Positions 1 through 15,866 of a DNA stretch of 64,000 nucleotides are shown here, piece after piece. The notes beneath the pieces were generated by a model. That model did no database searches, was not told the origin of the DNA, and saw nothing but the letters and a program-made list of their open reading frames with translations. Source of the stretch: Dimorphilus gyrociliatus (Eukaryota > Animalia > Annelida); assembly GCA_904063045.1 (NCBI GenBank), contig CAJFCJ010000002.1, forward strand, positions 1,116,001 to 1,180,000. The letters are read 5' to 3'. How positions within the stretch are numbered: the stretch's first letter is position 1; every line of letters starts with the position of its first letter. A program made the translations under genes and the position numbers.

Positions 1-335
1 GTAACATATTTTTAGGATTGTTTTTACGTAATTTGAATATTTATCGATATCAAATTATACCATATTGATAATAGACTTGAGTCTAACTACTTCATGCTGT
101 TCAGCATGAACACATTTAAACAATGTAATACAGTTAGGCAGGCCTGAATTATCCAAATATTTCTACGTAAAAAACTTATACTTTTTGGGGACAAAAGTAT
201 TTAAATTTGCTCATCATTAAAAAACTATTATCAATTTCTTAGTTCCCTGATTCTTTTTCTCATTTTCAACAATGCTACCACATTTTTTAAAAATATCTGT
301 ACTAAGCCTTATTCGCTTTATTGCTCCCTTATTGA

Positions 336-4734
<4,399 letters not shown>

Positions 4735-4946
4735 ATATGTGACTGAATATATTCTGCAAAACACTTGCTTCGCATTCTTACAAAGATCATGTTGAGAGTA
4801 AACGTAAGCCACTTTCAAGTTGTATTTACTGCGAGGTCTCTAGACATAACATATATTTATATATAATTTAAATGAGATTATTTCATATCTATTTACTTAT
4901 AATAGATATAACTATTTTTCATGGATAAAATACATTGCGGCAGTTT

Positions 4947-7122
4947 TCAAGTGCTGTATTTAGCAACGTTGAGCGCCGTAGCTATTTTAAGTGCAGGACC
5001 CAACTTCAAGCCCATCCTTTCCACAAAATCTTCTTGCTTGGCAAGTAAGAAAGATTCGCCATCGATTTCTTCTTCTTTAAACTTCCTGCCGTATTCGTGG
5101 CAACCTGGCAAACTTCTCACAAACTCTGATACTTCGTCAATAGACCATTTTTCAATTTCGTCCGAATTAGCAATAGACGCGCATGACAAAACTTTTCGCT
5201 GATACTTAACCGACGTGACTATTGCCAAAGGTTCCGCTTTATGTATCGGCTTTCTGCCCCTCTTTCTAGAAGTTGTCGAAGTTTCTTTCTGAGCTGCTGC
5301 CAAAGGGCACCCCGAAACCTTATGATGGAATGGATACTTTCCTGTTACGTGACCCGAACTATCACAACCGGGCGTTGGACACTTTTTGCTCTCGTTAACT
5401 CTAGTCTCTGCAGTGTTCAACGACTTTAGACGATCAGGAACAAATTCTTTGCTCAAATTATTGAAATTATATGGACATCCGAAGACGCTGTGATGTGTTT
5501 GATGTGATGCTCCTTTAACGTGACCTACACCTGTGCAACCAGGGGTAGGACATCCAGACGTTTGAATATTAGGCAATTTGCTGTCCATGGGATCTAAAGG
5601 TGCCTGTAAACTATGGCCAGTTTTTGCACACCACCCACAAGGGTGTAAATCGGTGCTATCATCGTCAACCCAATTATCAAGATAATCGGGCCAACCATCA
5701 TAATGAATCAAAAGACGATTTGATTCGGTTTTCACAATCGTCGCAACGCGAATTAACGACGGATTTCTTACGTCAACCGCTTCTAGTTTCGTATCTGCTT
5801 CAAAGTTACTAATAGAGCGATTACGAAAAGCTCTACCGGGAATGCGTTTGCTGTTCGTATGTTCTAAATATTTCTCCCAAGTAAATGTCTTAATATTCGT
5901 CCAGCTTGGTGGTGGGGATAGAGCTTTCGCATTTGCTTGGCACCAACCCACTTGATGAACATACGGGGATGATAGGTCACACCAATAATCATAATCTTCT
6001 TCCCAACCATCAAAATGTATAAGCACCTTATCGGCAACAATGTCTGCTATAGTTGCCACACACGTAAGCACCGTATTCTTCTTATCAACAGCTTCTAGCT
6101 TCATCCCCACTTCAACGAACGGAGGAACAGCATTATAGTTTTGCGTGTTTGAAATTATGAATAGAGACTTCTGAGCTTGTTTACTATCAGGGATTTTTGA
6201 CCAATCGAAATCATTTTGATTGGGGGGTAATTGCAGCTTTTTTCCGTTTTTGCTGCACCAACCAGGGGGAAAGATAAATGTCGAATCAGCATTCACCCAA
6301 AAGTCATAGGCATTAGAATATCCTTCAAAATTTAGTCTCAATCTATATCCCTGAATTTGAACGATATTTAAAACGCAATAAAGAGAAGGATGTCTCGGGT
6401 CGATTCCTTCTAGCATTGTTTGAACTTTGAAGTGATTCTTCTTTGTGTGGTAGGGCTTGAGAAAGCAGGAGTTTGGAGCAGCCATACTACTAGTTTTTTC
6501 TAGATACGAGTTCCACGGAAAGAATTTCCCCTTCTGTCTCATGATTGCTGCAATGCGAGAGTTGCGTGAAAAGATAAACATCTTCTGTTAAGATGGTCTA
6601 CTTACGCTCTTGAGGTGATACGGTAGCTTCCTCCACTGTTCCGAGCTTCCGCCTCTTCTTATCAGGCGGTAGAGCTCCCTTCTCATGACTAATTAAAATG
6701 TAGTTAGAAGCGCTGACCGAATTGTTTCTCTAATAAGCGATTGTTATAGAAAACGAAGCGCGCATGCTAACTTTTTTTAAGCTTTTAAATACTAAGATAA
6801 ATATCATATATGGGCGATTCTCTTCTAGAAAGCAAAAAGTGCAGCATAATAAATACATACTTTGTCGTTTTAAGCTTTCCCTTTTCTCTTTTGGATTTGG
6901 AATCTTGAGAACCGCTTGATGATTCATCGATTTCCAAACAGCCGAGCTCATTATATCGAAACTGAAATTCGAATAAACGACTAAAAAAAACAAATAAAAA
7001 CTCTAAATGTTTATACAACTTTTAGTTCTGTTAACGGCAAGCTACCGACTTCCCCCTCCCACACTAAAGGGTCATCGTGTTCGTTAGTTTCTTCGTCCGT
7101 TCTTCCGTCGGACGAAGTATTA

Positions 7123-7154
<32 letters not shown>

Positions 7155-7580
7155 GTTCATGAGCGATTCTCGATCATTATTAAGAGTTCCGCCATCTTGC
7201 TTGTCTTTTTCGAGCTTTATGGAGATTTTAGGAACTACTTTCGATTCCGATTCACTGTCAAACGACGTAACCAGCTCAGGTGAGGCATCTTAAAAAATTA
7301 AGAATTTATCAATGTGAGTCTTGTCAAAAAAGACAGATCTAACGATCGTTTTATCGAAAGAACATTATTCTAAAAATAAAATTATTTCTAAACGATTATT
7401 ATTTTTTCTATAATTACCTGTCTGAGATGCTAATCCGGAAGGACTATTGTCGCATGGGGAGATGCAAACTTCGTCTGTTAATTAATAATAAAAAGTTACT
7501 TTATGATAGTCAATTGTTTATTTAGCAAAATTACCTTTTTGCGTCCCTTCGTTAACTTGTACCAACGTTTTTTCTTCCAT
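4947..7580 (-). CDS. L3MBTL: Lethal(3)malignant brain tumor-like protein (3 MBT repeats, 2 C2HC zinc fingers, SAM)
   Basis: In-frame spliced model from ATG 7580 (MEEKTLVQ..). Contains [12 protein letters not shown]|[11 protein letters not shown], like the L3MBTL N-terminal motif. Three MBT repeats (GMKLEAVD; [12 protein letters not shown] aromatic cage), two CPTPGC..GH..H...GCP fingers and a C-terminal SAM ([26 protein letters not shown]). Confidence 0.93.
7119..7157 (-). repeat. Coding (AAT/AAC)13 poly-Asn tract in L3MBTL
   Basis: 13 consecutive Asn codons directly after an ATG codon (7158-7160) within an in-frame L3MBTL exon. Confidence 0.9.
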
Positions 7581-7769
7581 AAAGCTTTAGTGGGAAGTAA
7601 TAATAAAATGTATTGTTACTAATATTGAAGTCAGTTAAATCCCTGAAACAATGTCAAATTTAACTCAAGTAGTTGAAAAGCTTTTCATTTGAGTTAATAG
7701 AACAGGATAAAAGTGAAGGGAGAAGAAGAATCAACAAAGAAGGAATCATATTTTACTAGAACAAAACTG

Positions 7770-8175
7770 AAACCGGAAGCGACCACAAGACGAACTCAGC
7801 TCTATATCCTACCGACGGAAAGTTATGCCGTAAATTTCTCACTAATTCGTCATTTTGATATAGTCAAAGTTCCGTAAAAGTTTGAAACAAACACAAAAGA
7901 GCAATTTGTACGTATAATAATACTACCTAACTTCTGTTCACAGCTTTTAGGAACAAAATTCTAACGTCAACGTCCTAACAGACGGCAGCCATTTTTCTCT
8001 ACTAGCCGAAAATGGGGAGTATTAAGAACAATTGGAACCAATGTAATATTAAAGAAAATTACAACTAGTAGCAATATTTCATAATTATTAATAAAAAGAT
8101 ATTAATAATTTTTTATCATGTATTTTTTTTACAAAACGGGGGGGAACATAAGCTTATACCTTTCGTGACGTCAGA
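7770..8175. promoter_or_regulatory. Probable bidirectional promoter of L3MBTL and PCMTD
   Basis: Lies between divergent genes. ETS-like CCGGAAGC (7773-7780), YY1-like CAGCCATTTT (about 7987-7996) and CRE palindrome TGACGTCA (8166-8173). Confidence 0.5.
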
Positions 8176-8438
8176 TAACATTGCGTTGCATTATGGGATC
8201 TCCTTCTGACTAGGGACTGGAAATTTTTTAATGATATACAAGTTGTTAATGCTAGTTTTAATTACTATTCGACTGCAAACGAAGTCTACAGCTATTTTAT
8301 CTTCTTTTCATTAAAAATTCGCCGATTGACACGATCAAGGAATCTGTAAATACACTTTTGTTATTGTCGCATGCAATATGTAAATTCTTTGGAATAATAA
8401 CAAAAACAAGGGAAATTTTTTTTTCTTTGTTTTAGGCA

Positions 8439-9977
8439 ATGGGCGGAAATGTGAGCGCGGGGAAAAACAACGAAGAACTAATTCATAACCTCATAAAAGC
8501 AAATTATATAAAAGATCGTCTTGTAGAAAAGATCTTTTATTCTGTTGATCGTGGAGATTATTTTCAAGACGGACACAGAGAGCATGCTTATCGAGACACA
8601 GCATGGAAACTAGGCCACTTGCACATATCGGCACCATGTATTTATGCTGAAGTATTGGAACATCTTGACTTGCAACCAGGACACAGCTTCTTGAACATGG
8701 GTAGTGGGACAGGGTATTTAAGCACGTTGGTAGGTTTGATTATAGGTGCGACAGGGGTGAATCATGGTATTGAATACCATAGCGATGTTGTTGATTATGC
8801 CCGCGAAAGGCTTGAATGGTATAAACAGTATGGCCATGAATTTGATCGCTATGAGTTATGTGAACCTGAGTTTATAAATGGCAATTGTCTTCTATTATCT
8901 GAAACAAATAGAAGATATGACAGAATATACTGTGGAGCCTCTTGCAATCTCTCAAAGGAATCTTATATAAGAAACCTCTTGAAAGTTGGAGGCATTTTAA
9001 TTATGCCTCTAAATGACAATTTAGTTCGTATTGTACGAAAGTCAGAAAATGAATTTTCCAGAACAGATATACTACCCGTTTCGTTTGCGTCCCTTATACA
9101 ACCCGAAAATGATGAAACATGTGCTGAACTTGTCGAACTGCCCCCTTTTGAAACATATTCTCTCAAAGAAATTTGTCGATTTAAAATCAGACAATGCATT
9201 CGTAATAAGCTGAATGAAACAAGAGCCCAATTACAATTGGTAGAGTACGAAAAACCAGCTCAAAAACTACAACCGTACGATAGAATCGAAAGGGCGGTTT
9301 GGATTCGACAATCACAAAGCGATGAAGAAGATAACGGAGAAAATCATGTTTCTCTTCATGAATTTCTTCAGTCAATATCAGAAAATCGAATGGAAGAAGA
9401 GTACGTAAACAATCCTAATGCAGCAATGAGGGCTGAAGTAGAGGATGATGGCGAAAGCGACGATCAAGATCAGGACGTTGATAGTATATGTGGGAGCCAT
9501 TTAGGCATGCAAAATTCACCATCAAAGTTTGAAGATGATGGCGAAAGCGACGATCAAGATCGGGATGTTGGTAGTATGTGCGGAAGCCGTTTAGGCATGC
9601 AAAACTCATCACCAAAGCTTGAAGATGATATCGAATTGGATGATGATAATTCATTGTGCAGTGGCGCAATACCTATTGGAACCAAAAATAAAGAAACCGA
9701 AAGCTTGAATTTAGGTACAAGTAGCGGGACATCCGGAATAGGAACCTCAGTTGAAGAGAACGAATTGCTTCCAAGCGCCGAAGAGTCGTCGGACATGGAA
9801 CGAGAAGTTGATAAGGAATATTTAGACTACGTCAAACCAAGTGAAGAAGTTTGTGAAAATAAGAGAAGAAGAGTTCAAACAGCAAGCTATTCTTCTTATA
9901 CTAAGGCGATGAAGGAGCAAGTATCAACTCTCCCCCTGCCGCCTTTATTGCAGAATTATGTAGTGTTTTATCGTTAA
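8439..9977 (+). CDS. PCMTD: Protein-L-isoaspartate O-methyltransferase domain-containing protein with split SOCS box; single coding exon
   Basis: N-terminus MGGNVSAGKNNEELIHNLIKANYI matches the PCMTD1/2 start. SAM-binding motif FLNMGSGTGYL, BC-box LKEICRFKIRQCI, C-terminal LPLPPLLQNYVVFYR cullin box. Acceptor ttttag just upstream of the ATG suggests a 5'UTR intron. Confidence 0.93.
   Translation: MGGNVSAGKNNEELIHNLIKANYIKDRLVEKIFYSVDRGDYFQDGHREHAYRDTAWKLGHLHISAPCIYAEVLEHLDLQPGHSFLNMGSGTGYLSTLVGLIIGATGVNHGIEYHSDVVDYARERLEWYKQYGHEFDRYELCEPEFINGNCLLLSETNRRYDRIYCGASCNLSKESYIRNLLKVGGILIMPLNDNLVRIVRKSENEFSRTDILPVSFASLIQPENDETCAELVELPPFETYSLKEICRFKIRQCIRNKLNETRAQLQLVEYEKPAQKLQPYDRIERAVWIRQSQSDEEDNGENHVSLHEFLQSISENRMEEEYVNNPNAAMRAEVEDDGESDDQDQDVDSICGSHLGMQNSPSKFEDDGESDDQDRDVGSMCGSRLGMQNSSPKLEDDIELDDDNSLCSGAIPIGTKNKETESLNLGTSSGTSGIGTSVEENELLPSAEESSDMEREVDKEYLDYVKPSEEVCENKRRRVQTASYSSYTKAMKEQVSTLPLPPLLQNYVVFYR
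9441..9629 (+). repeat. 90-bp (30 aa) coding tandem duplication in PCMTD
   Basis: 9441-9530 vs 9531-9620 differ at 12 of 90 positions (counted by hand). A partial third copy starts at 9621. Confidence 0.95.
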
Positions 9978-10074
9978 TTATCTAAACACAGACTGCAGCA
10001 TTTAAGGCCTTGATTTAGAGCCTTTTTATTCTCCTATTTTATTCTCCGCAATGTAAATTTAAGTGACCAAATAC

Positions 10075-10190
10075 ATGCATATATATTATATATACACATA
10101 TATATATACATAGTATATATATATATAGTATACAGTATATATATAGTATATATATATAGATATAAAATATATATGTAACAGAGTATATAT
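10075..10190. repeat. Degenerate (TA)n microsatellite
   Basis: Interrupted TATATA tract between the convergent 3' ends of PCMTD and MYT1. Confidence 0.85.
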
Positions 10191-10342
10191 TAATTGATAA
10201 AGTGTATTTATCAATTGTGCATCTTCTCCTGTATTGTTTTATGTATACATACGTGCGTGTTCTGATAAATACATAACGGAAACAACAGCAAAAACATGTA
10301 AAATATTGCCTACAATTACTTGACTTTCAAAACTGGGATTGT

Positions 10343-13300
10343 TCAAACTTCTTGACTGTTGTCGAATTGAACGCCTGTCTGCGCAGATTCTAATGCAGTT
10401 CGCAAACATGTTCTAAGAGCCTTGTTTTGGGCGTCAATACATAAAATCTTAAGTCTGTCTAAGTAGGCTTCGAAAGGTTCATCTTCCTTCTGCAAAGCAT
10501 TTCCATCGCTCACGTTGGAGACAAGTGAATCCTTTATTGAGTTCAACTGATTCGTTGCAGCCTCAATTCGGCGTTCAAGAGTCACTTTTTCTTTTTCATT
10601 TTGTTCAATAATCTTTTCAAACTCTTCAATTTCATACGAAACACGTTGCATCTCCTCTTCCATATCAGCATTTGTTTCGCGTAATTTGCTAACCTCCTTT
10701 TGAAGAGATTGAACTTGATGATGTTCCTCTACTTCTGTTTAGAAAAATGGATTAGAAGCAAGATTACTAAATAACTATTGAGAAATCAAATAGACGTCAT
10801 CAAGATAAAGTTAACCTGCTAAAACTTTTAGGGGAACATTTTTTAGCTCTTCAGTGGGCATCGAGTATTTAAACATTCCATTCATTTCTCTATTTGCTAA
10901 TGCCGAAGATCTGTTAGCAATAGGGCATCCAGACGCACTTCGATGGCTTAAATATCTATTGAGATAACAGGCGCTTAGTAGATGGCGACCTCTGGTGCAT
11001 AAACTGGTATCAACTACAATACTTACTTTCCTGATGCATGGCCAGTTCCGTCACAACCCGGTACTGGGCATTTTAAGGGCTCTTGGGTCTCGCCATTATT
11101 GAGTTGATTTTTCCTCGGTTTATTTGCTCTTGGGCATCCGGATAAACTACGATGGGATGTATAATTTCCAGTAATGTGACCAGATCCGTCACATCCAGGT
11201 GTTGGGCATTTTACAACGTTTTCTTCTTCATCCTTCTTAATTAAAATTTCTTCCTTTTTCTCGCTGAAAGTGGAATTAACAGTATGTATAAATAAATCAT
11301 CTATGTAAAGGTTTGACTAAATGTTTGTAAATGTTTGTTTTTTTTTGTTTTTACTTGTTCATATCAACGACTTCAACGATTGGTTCCATTTTGACCTTCT
11401 TGGTTAAATCGACAGCTTGTTCTCCACCGTTAACCATTTTTTTAATTTGATGATGAGCTGGTTGCAGTAAAGTTTGATGTTGATTTGGACGACTATATTT
11501 ATCCAGTTCGCGGGCTAGATTAGATCGGGGTGTTGCAACTTGAACGGAAGTCAAATCAAGCTGCTTAGCAACAATCATAGGACGCAAAACTCTATCGCAC
11601 GTCAGTGAAGTTGATGACGGTGGGGAGGAGGACGATGACGATGCCGATGACGGCAGGGTTGTCGAGCTAACGTTAGTTAAAGAGGACGCTGCAAATTTAG
11701 TAGAGAATCTTATTCTGCAATGAAAACGTTTGGGAATTTTACAACAGTTCATGCAAGGACTTGAAACATATACTGAAAAAATTAAAGGAACCGTGACAAA
11801 AAATAAGAGAGAGACGACCATTGGTTTTTTGTTAACACCGATTTCAAACCTGTTGTCAGTTTCTTGCTAGCATGTTTGCCCATGGCAGCAATAGGACATC
11901 CACTAAGACTGCATAGCGATATTAGTAAAAGAAAAGTTAAATAAATTACTATGTTACTCATTAGTTATAAAGTTTCCGAGTAGTTAGTTAGTTATTAATT
12001 ATTAGGAACGGAATTGATTATTTGCATATATTTTGTTTGTTTTTGTGTCATCTTGTTTTATATACATTTCTGAATTATTACCAACCTCCTATGGGAATTT
12101 CTGTTACTATTCACATGCCCTCTTCCTGTGCAACCTGGAGTAGGACAGCGTACGATTTCTTGATGAGCCGCCAGAACTGCATCGAGTCAGTTTGTTAGTT
12201 TAATCGTGCAGAAGGAAAACGCTCAAACGTTAGAAAGCAAATGCAAAAATAGAAAGAGAAAAATAGAAATGAAGAGACTAGAAACGAATATAACGTATAA
12301 AGGAGAATGTGAAATGATAGAGATGATAAATAATAAATTTATAGATAAACTTTTTTTCATTTTAATTGAAATTTTGTTAAAGCATGCAAAGTATAGTTTA
12401 GTATTAGAATTATTAAGCTTTAAAGATTCTATATACTGTATATACTAATTAACACATTATATACAGTATATAAATCTTAATAAACAACGAATAAGACATT
12501 TTCAACTTACTTTCCGGAGACACTTTATCCTTGCACGGACAGCCGGATAGGCTACGGTGATGGGAATATAATCCAGTAACGTGTCCAGTTCCATCGCAAC
12601 CGGGAGTTGGGCATTTATTTTCTATAAAATGAAATCGAATTAGGAGGTTTAACTTTAAAGAAAGAAAGAAAGAAGGCGAAAAAAAGTTATAATTCGAGTT
12701 AAAGAATGAAAGTAATAATTATTTAAATTAATTAAATAAAGGAAATAAATTAAAAGAAAGTAAAATAAAAAGTTTACCTTTAGTTTTAGTTATAACTGCT
12801 GTTTCAGGAACCGTTATATCCTCTTCCTGCTTTCTTATTTTATTTTCATTACAAGAAGCCGGAGGACTATCCGACTTTCTTTTACGATCTTCCGCAATGT
12901 TAACTTCGCTCATGTCGTGATACCTTTGTAGTACACTGACAAATGAATAATTTCCCTTTTTCAATGTTATATTAAATAATAAATAACGTAAAAAATAACA
13001 TTGAGATTTACTGATCCACTTAATTAAATAAGTAAATAAACAAGTAAATAAGTAAATAATTAAATAAATAAATTGTCTACTTGAAGTAGAATGGATGAAG
13101 ATATGTCGGCGGAAAGTAAGGGTAAGTAAACATGATTTGAGTAGGAAATGTAAGAATCGACCCATAAATATATATATAGACGAGTCTTAATTAATTCAGA
13201 AACTTGCCGTCTAATCACCATCCACAGCCACGCCCTCGACATTGAGCCGCCACTTCAAACACATCCTATCTTCAAATTTTAGACAGTGCATTTTTCACTT

Positions 13301-13783
13301 TTTATGCGAGTCCGTATCTAGCTTAGCGAAACAGCGTTGTTTAAGGGCAAAAATTGTTTTTAATTAAATAAAGACTTTCTCAATTCTTCTCCTTGATTAA
13401 TTATATTATTATTAAATTAAAGGCGTTACTTTTCCTATAAACGTATAAATGAAGAACGACGTTTCTTAATAAAACCGTCTTGGATTTACCCCTCTAATAT
13501 ACCTTTCAGCATTATCTAATGTGCCCTTTTTTTCAAAGTGCACACTTTGTATAAAATTTTCTTTGTACGAAAAAGGTTTTTTTTATAAACAGAGAAGTGT
13601 TAGAACTAACGTTTTTTGATCAGCGGATGTCGAATCGCATTTTGGGCTTCCATTTACTTCGTCTTTTTCTAGCTTTATAATTTGAAGAGCAGACGAAGAA
13701 GTTATTAGGAATGAAATTAATAAAAAAAAAAAAAAGAAGGAAAAAAAAAAAAGTTAACTCACTTCATTCACATTTGTCAACAT
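10343..13783 (-). CDS. MYT1: Myelin transcription factor 1 family (MYT1/MYT1L/ST18-like), 4 C2HC zinc fingers; N-terminus uncertain
   Basis: Exons encode [47 protein letters not shown]|[34 protein letters not shown] and [15 protein letters not shown]|[11 protein letters not shown], plus the [13 protein letters not shown] motif and a C-terminal coiled coil. An in-frame start lies at 12913. Three small upstream exons splice in frame back to ATG 13783 (lower confidence for these). Confidence 0.9.
10975..10998. promoter_or_regulatory. Overlapping pair of CTCF-like motifs in a 71-nt MYT1 intron
   Basis: TTAGTAGATGGCGAC (+) overlaps GCACCAGAGGTCGCC (-). Both resemble the CTCF core CCACYAGRKGGCGC. 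Confidence 0.5.
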
Positions 13784-14919
13784 TTTAGTACATCTGAAAG
13801 AAATAAAGAGAAAAATGATATGATAATTATAAGACAACGAGAGCAAAATTTTTCTCATCAATATGATTTCTGATTCAAACTGTAACCTTGCGTACTAAAG
13901 CCTTGAGGCAAAATGACCATTCTCATCTGTCACTTTGTGACATTTAAAGGAATCACGTTACAACTTTGTGTTGTGGTTATCACTATTATCTAAAACTCTC
14001 TCATCGATCCTATATCCTCTGGGGCTTCGTGTACTCGTAATGATTCGCACTTGATTCGACCGATAGCCAATTGAATAGCTTTAATGAGAAAAAATGATAT
14101 ACGCAGCGATGAGCAGAAAAAGGAATTTTCGAGCGTTAAAACATAAAAGTAAATGAGTAGATAATAAAGAAAGACGCCTGGAGCCATATTTAGTTTTAAA
14201 AGTCGCTTTTTCGTTCTTCTACACTAATAAGGTGAAGTGTTCTGTAATTTTGCATGACCTTGCGATATCTTTGGTAAACATCATGAAGAATAGAAATACG
14301 AATACATAGCAATTCCCAATTACAGCTAAAAGAGCAATTACGAGCAGAAGTAAGTCAGGCAAGCCTTTCAAGTAACATTCAAAAACCACAATACGCGTCT
14401 TATACAATCCTAATTTTTCTAAGCGTAATGTTCGTTCACTTCGATGAGCGGCGGATGAAAGGATAAAAAAAGATCAAAAACTACTCTTAAAAATCATAAT
14501 ACAAAGCCTCCTAAACGCTTTTCACTATTGCACGGGAAAGCACGCAAACCTAATATGGAGAATAATAAGGAAGTGATCGGAATGAAACGCGACGCGACTA
14601 ATTGCATCTGCTACAATTATCTACTGAACGTACTTACTTGATGTTTTAGAAAAGTGCTTCAGTAAGTTAGCCGATCGATTCCCAAAGACGCGTCATTGTT
14701 TCGTCAACTAATTGTTTTCTTTACAAAAAGAAACTGGGTGGAGTTCGAGGTATTCGAACATTGAAATAAAAAGGACTTTCACTAACATTTAAATGTCGTA
14801 TTTTTTGTATATTTAATTCAACGTAACGTAATGTTAATTAAAACCACACCCTTATAAATAGACTTTTTTTCCTTAATTCGGATGCCTTTTTTACAATCGT
14901 TCTGTTTTGACTACCACTG

Positions 14920-14932
14920 GCGACATCTATTG
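14920..14932 (-). promoter_or_regulatory. CTCF-like motif
   Basis: CAATAGATGTCGC on the minus strand, 2 mismatches to CACTAGATGGCGC. Intergenic between MYT1 and SLC28. Confidence 0.35.
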
Positions 14933-15789
14933 TTTATATGCTCAAATATTAATTCTTATCTCTTCGAGTGTCTTGGCTTTTTATCGGCTTTCAGGCGAAT
15001 GTCATAATAGCAACTTATTTTATATCAGTCTCATAATGTATAAAGTACAGTTTAAAGGTAGAAATCGACATAATTATAAATAATATTAATGTAACAAATT
15101 ACTCTATAAAAATCGTATAAATACTTAACTATTATATTAGTAATACGACGAAAGAACTTTCTTGAAAAACATTTCAAAATCTCGCGATAACTTCGTGAAG
15201 AAAACGCTTAATTTTATACTTTTAGAGATGCTGCACAAAAAATCAATAACTCGTGTTGCAGTGCGGCGTTCGACTGCAGAAATGTCTTCCATACAACTTT
15301 TCAAACAAACTTACCGGAGAGCCAAAATTCTCCCCAGTATTACACCATAAACAAATAAAAAATTATTCCTTCATAGAATATTCGATCGATCGCTTATACT
15401 GTAAAGTATTTAGTAAAAGTTTTACGATTGAACAAGCTCTGAAACTTTTTAGAGGTGTAGTTTGAACAGGTTTTGGACCAAACTTGATTAGATAGTTTGC
15501 GGATTGAGTCTTTAAAAGACCGAAATTGATAGATTGAAAAGTGAAAAGGAAGTTAGAAGGATTACATTGACAAACTTTGCTGCTAGTCGATATCTGAACA
15601 TGTAATGTATGCGTCATAATTACAACCGAATATTGTATCAGAGAGACATATATAAAGTAATCAAACACCAAAATAATGAAGTTAAGCATACTTACAAAAA
15701 GTTTTTGGTAGTTCGTAAACGATGGTCACGGGGAATGTTAGAAAAATTTACTTTTTAAGAGTTTACAACAAACAACGAAAAGCCTTTGA

Positions 15790-15800
15790 TGCGCATGCGT
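15790..15800. promoter_or_regulatory. NRF1-like palindrome, probable promoter
   Basis: TGCGCATGCGT, followed on the minus strand by strong donors TTT|GTAAGT (about 15695) and CCG|GTAAGT (15314). Confidence 0.5.
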
Positions 15801-15866
15801 CAAGTAGCCCACAATGCAATTTACGCCATTACCGTTACCCGCGTTTTTTCGAATTCACTCTTTTTG

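Noticed and set aside
91-110. Near-perfect palindrome TTCATGCTG-TT-CAGCATGAA
   Set aside because: Single short intronic hairpin with no partner copy, no terminal repeats and no other supporting context.
14219-14407. Hydrophobic ORF resembling a GPCR TM1 (..LLAVIGNCYV..)
   Set aside because: Only 62 aa, non-ATG start, and no further TM segments or spliceable continuation found.
14738-14760. Pol III B-box-like GGAGTTCGAG
   Set aside because: No A-box at proper spacing and no cloverleaf, so not a tRNA or SINE.
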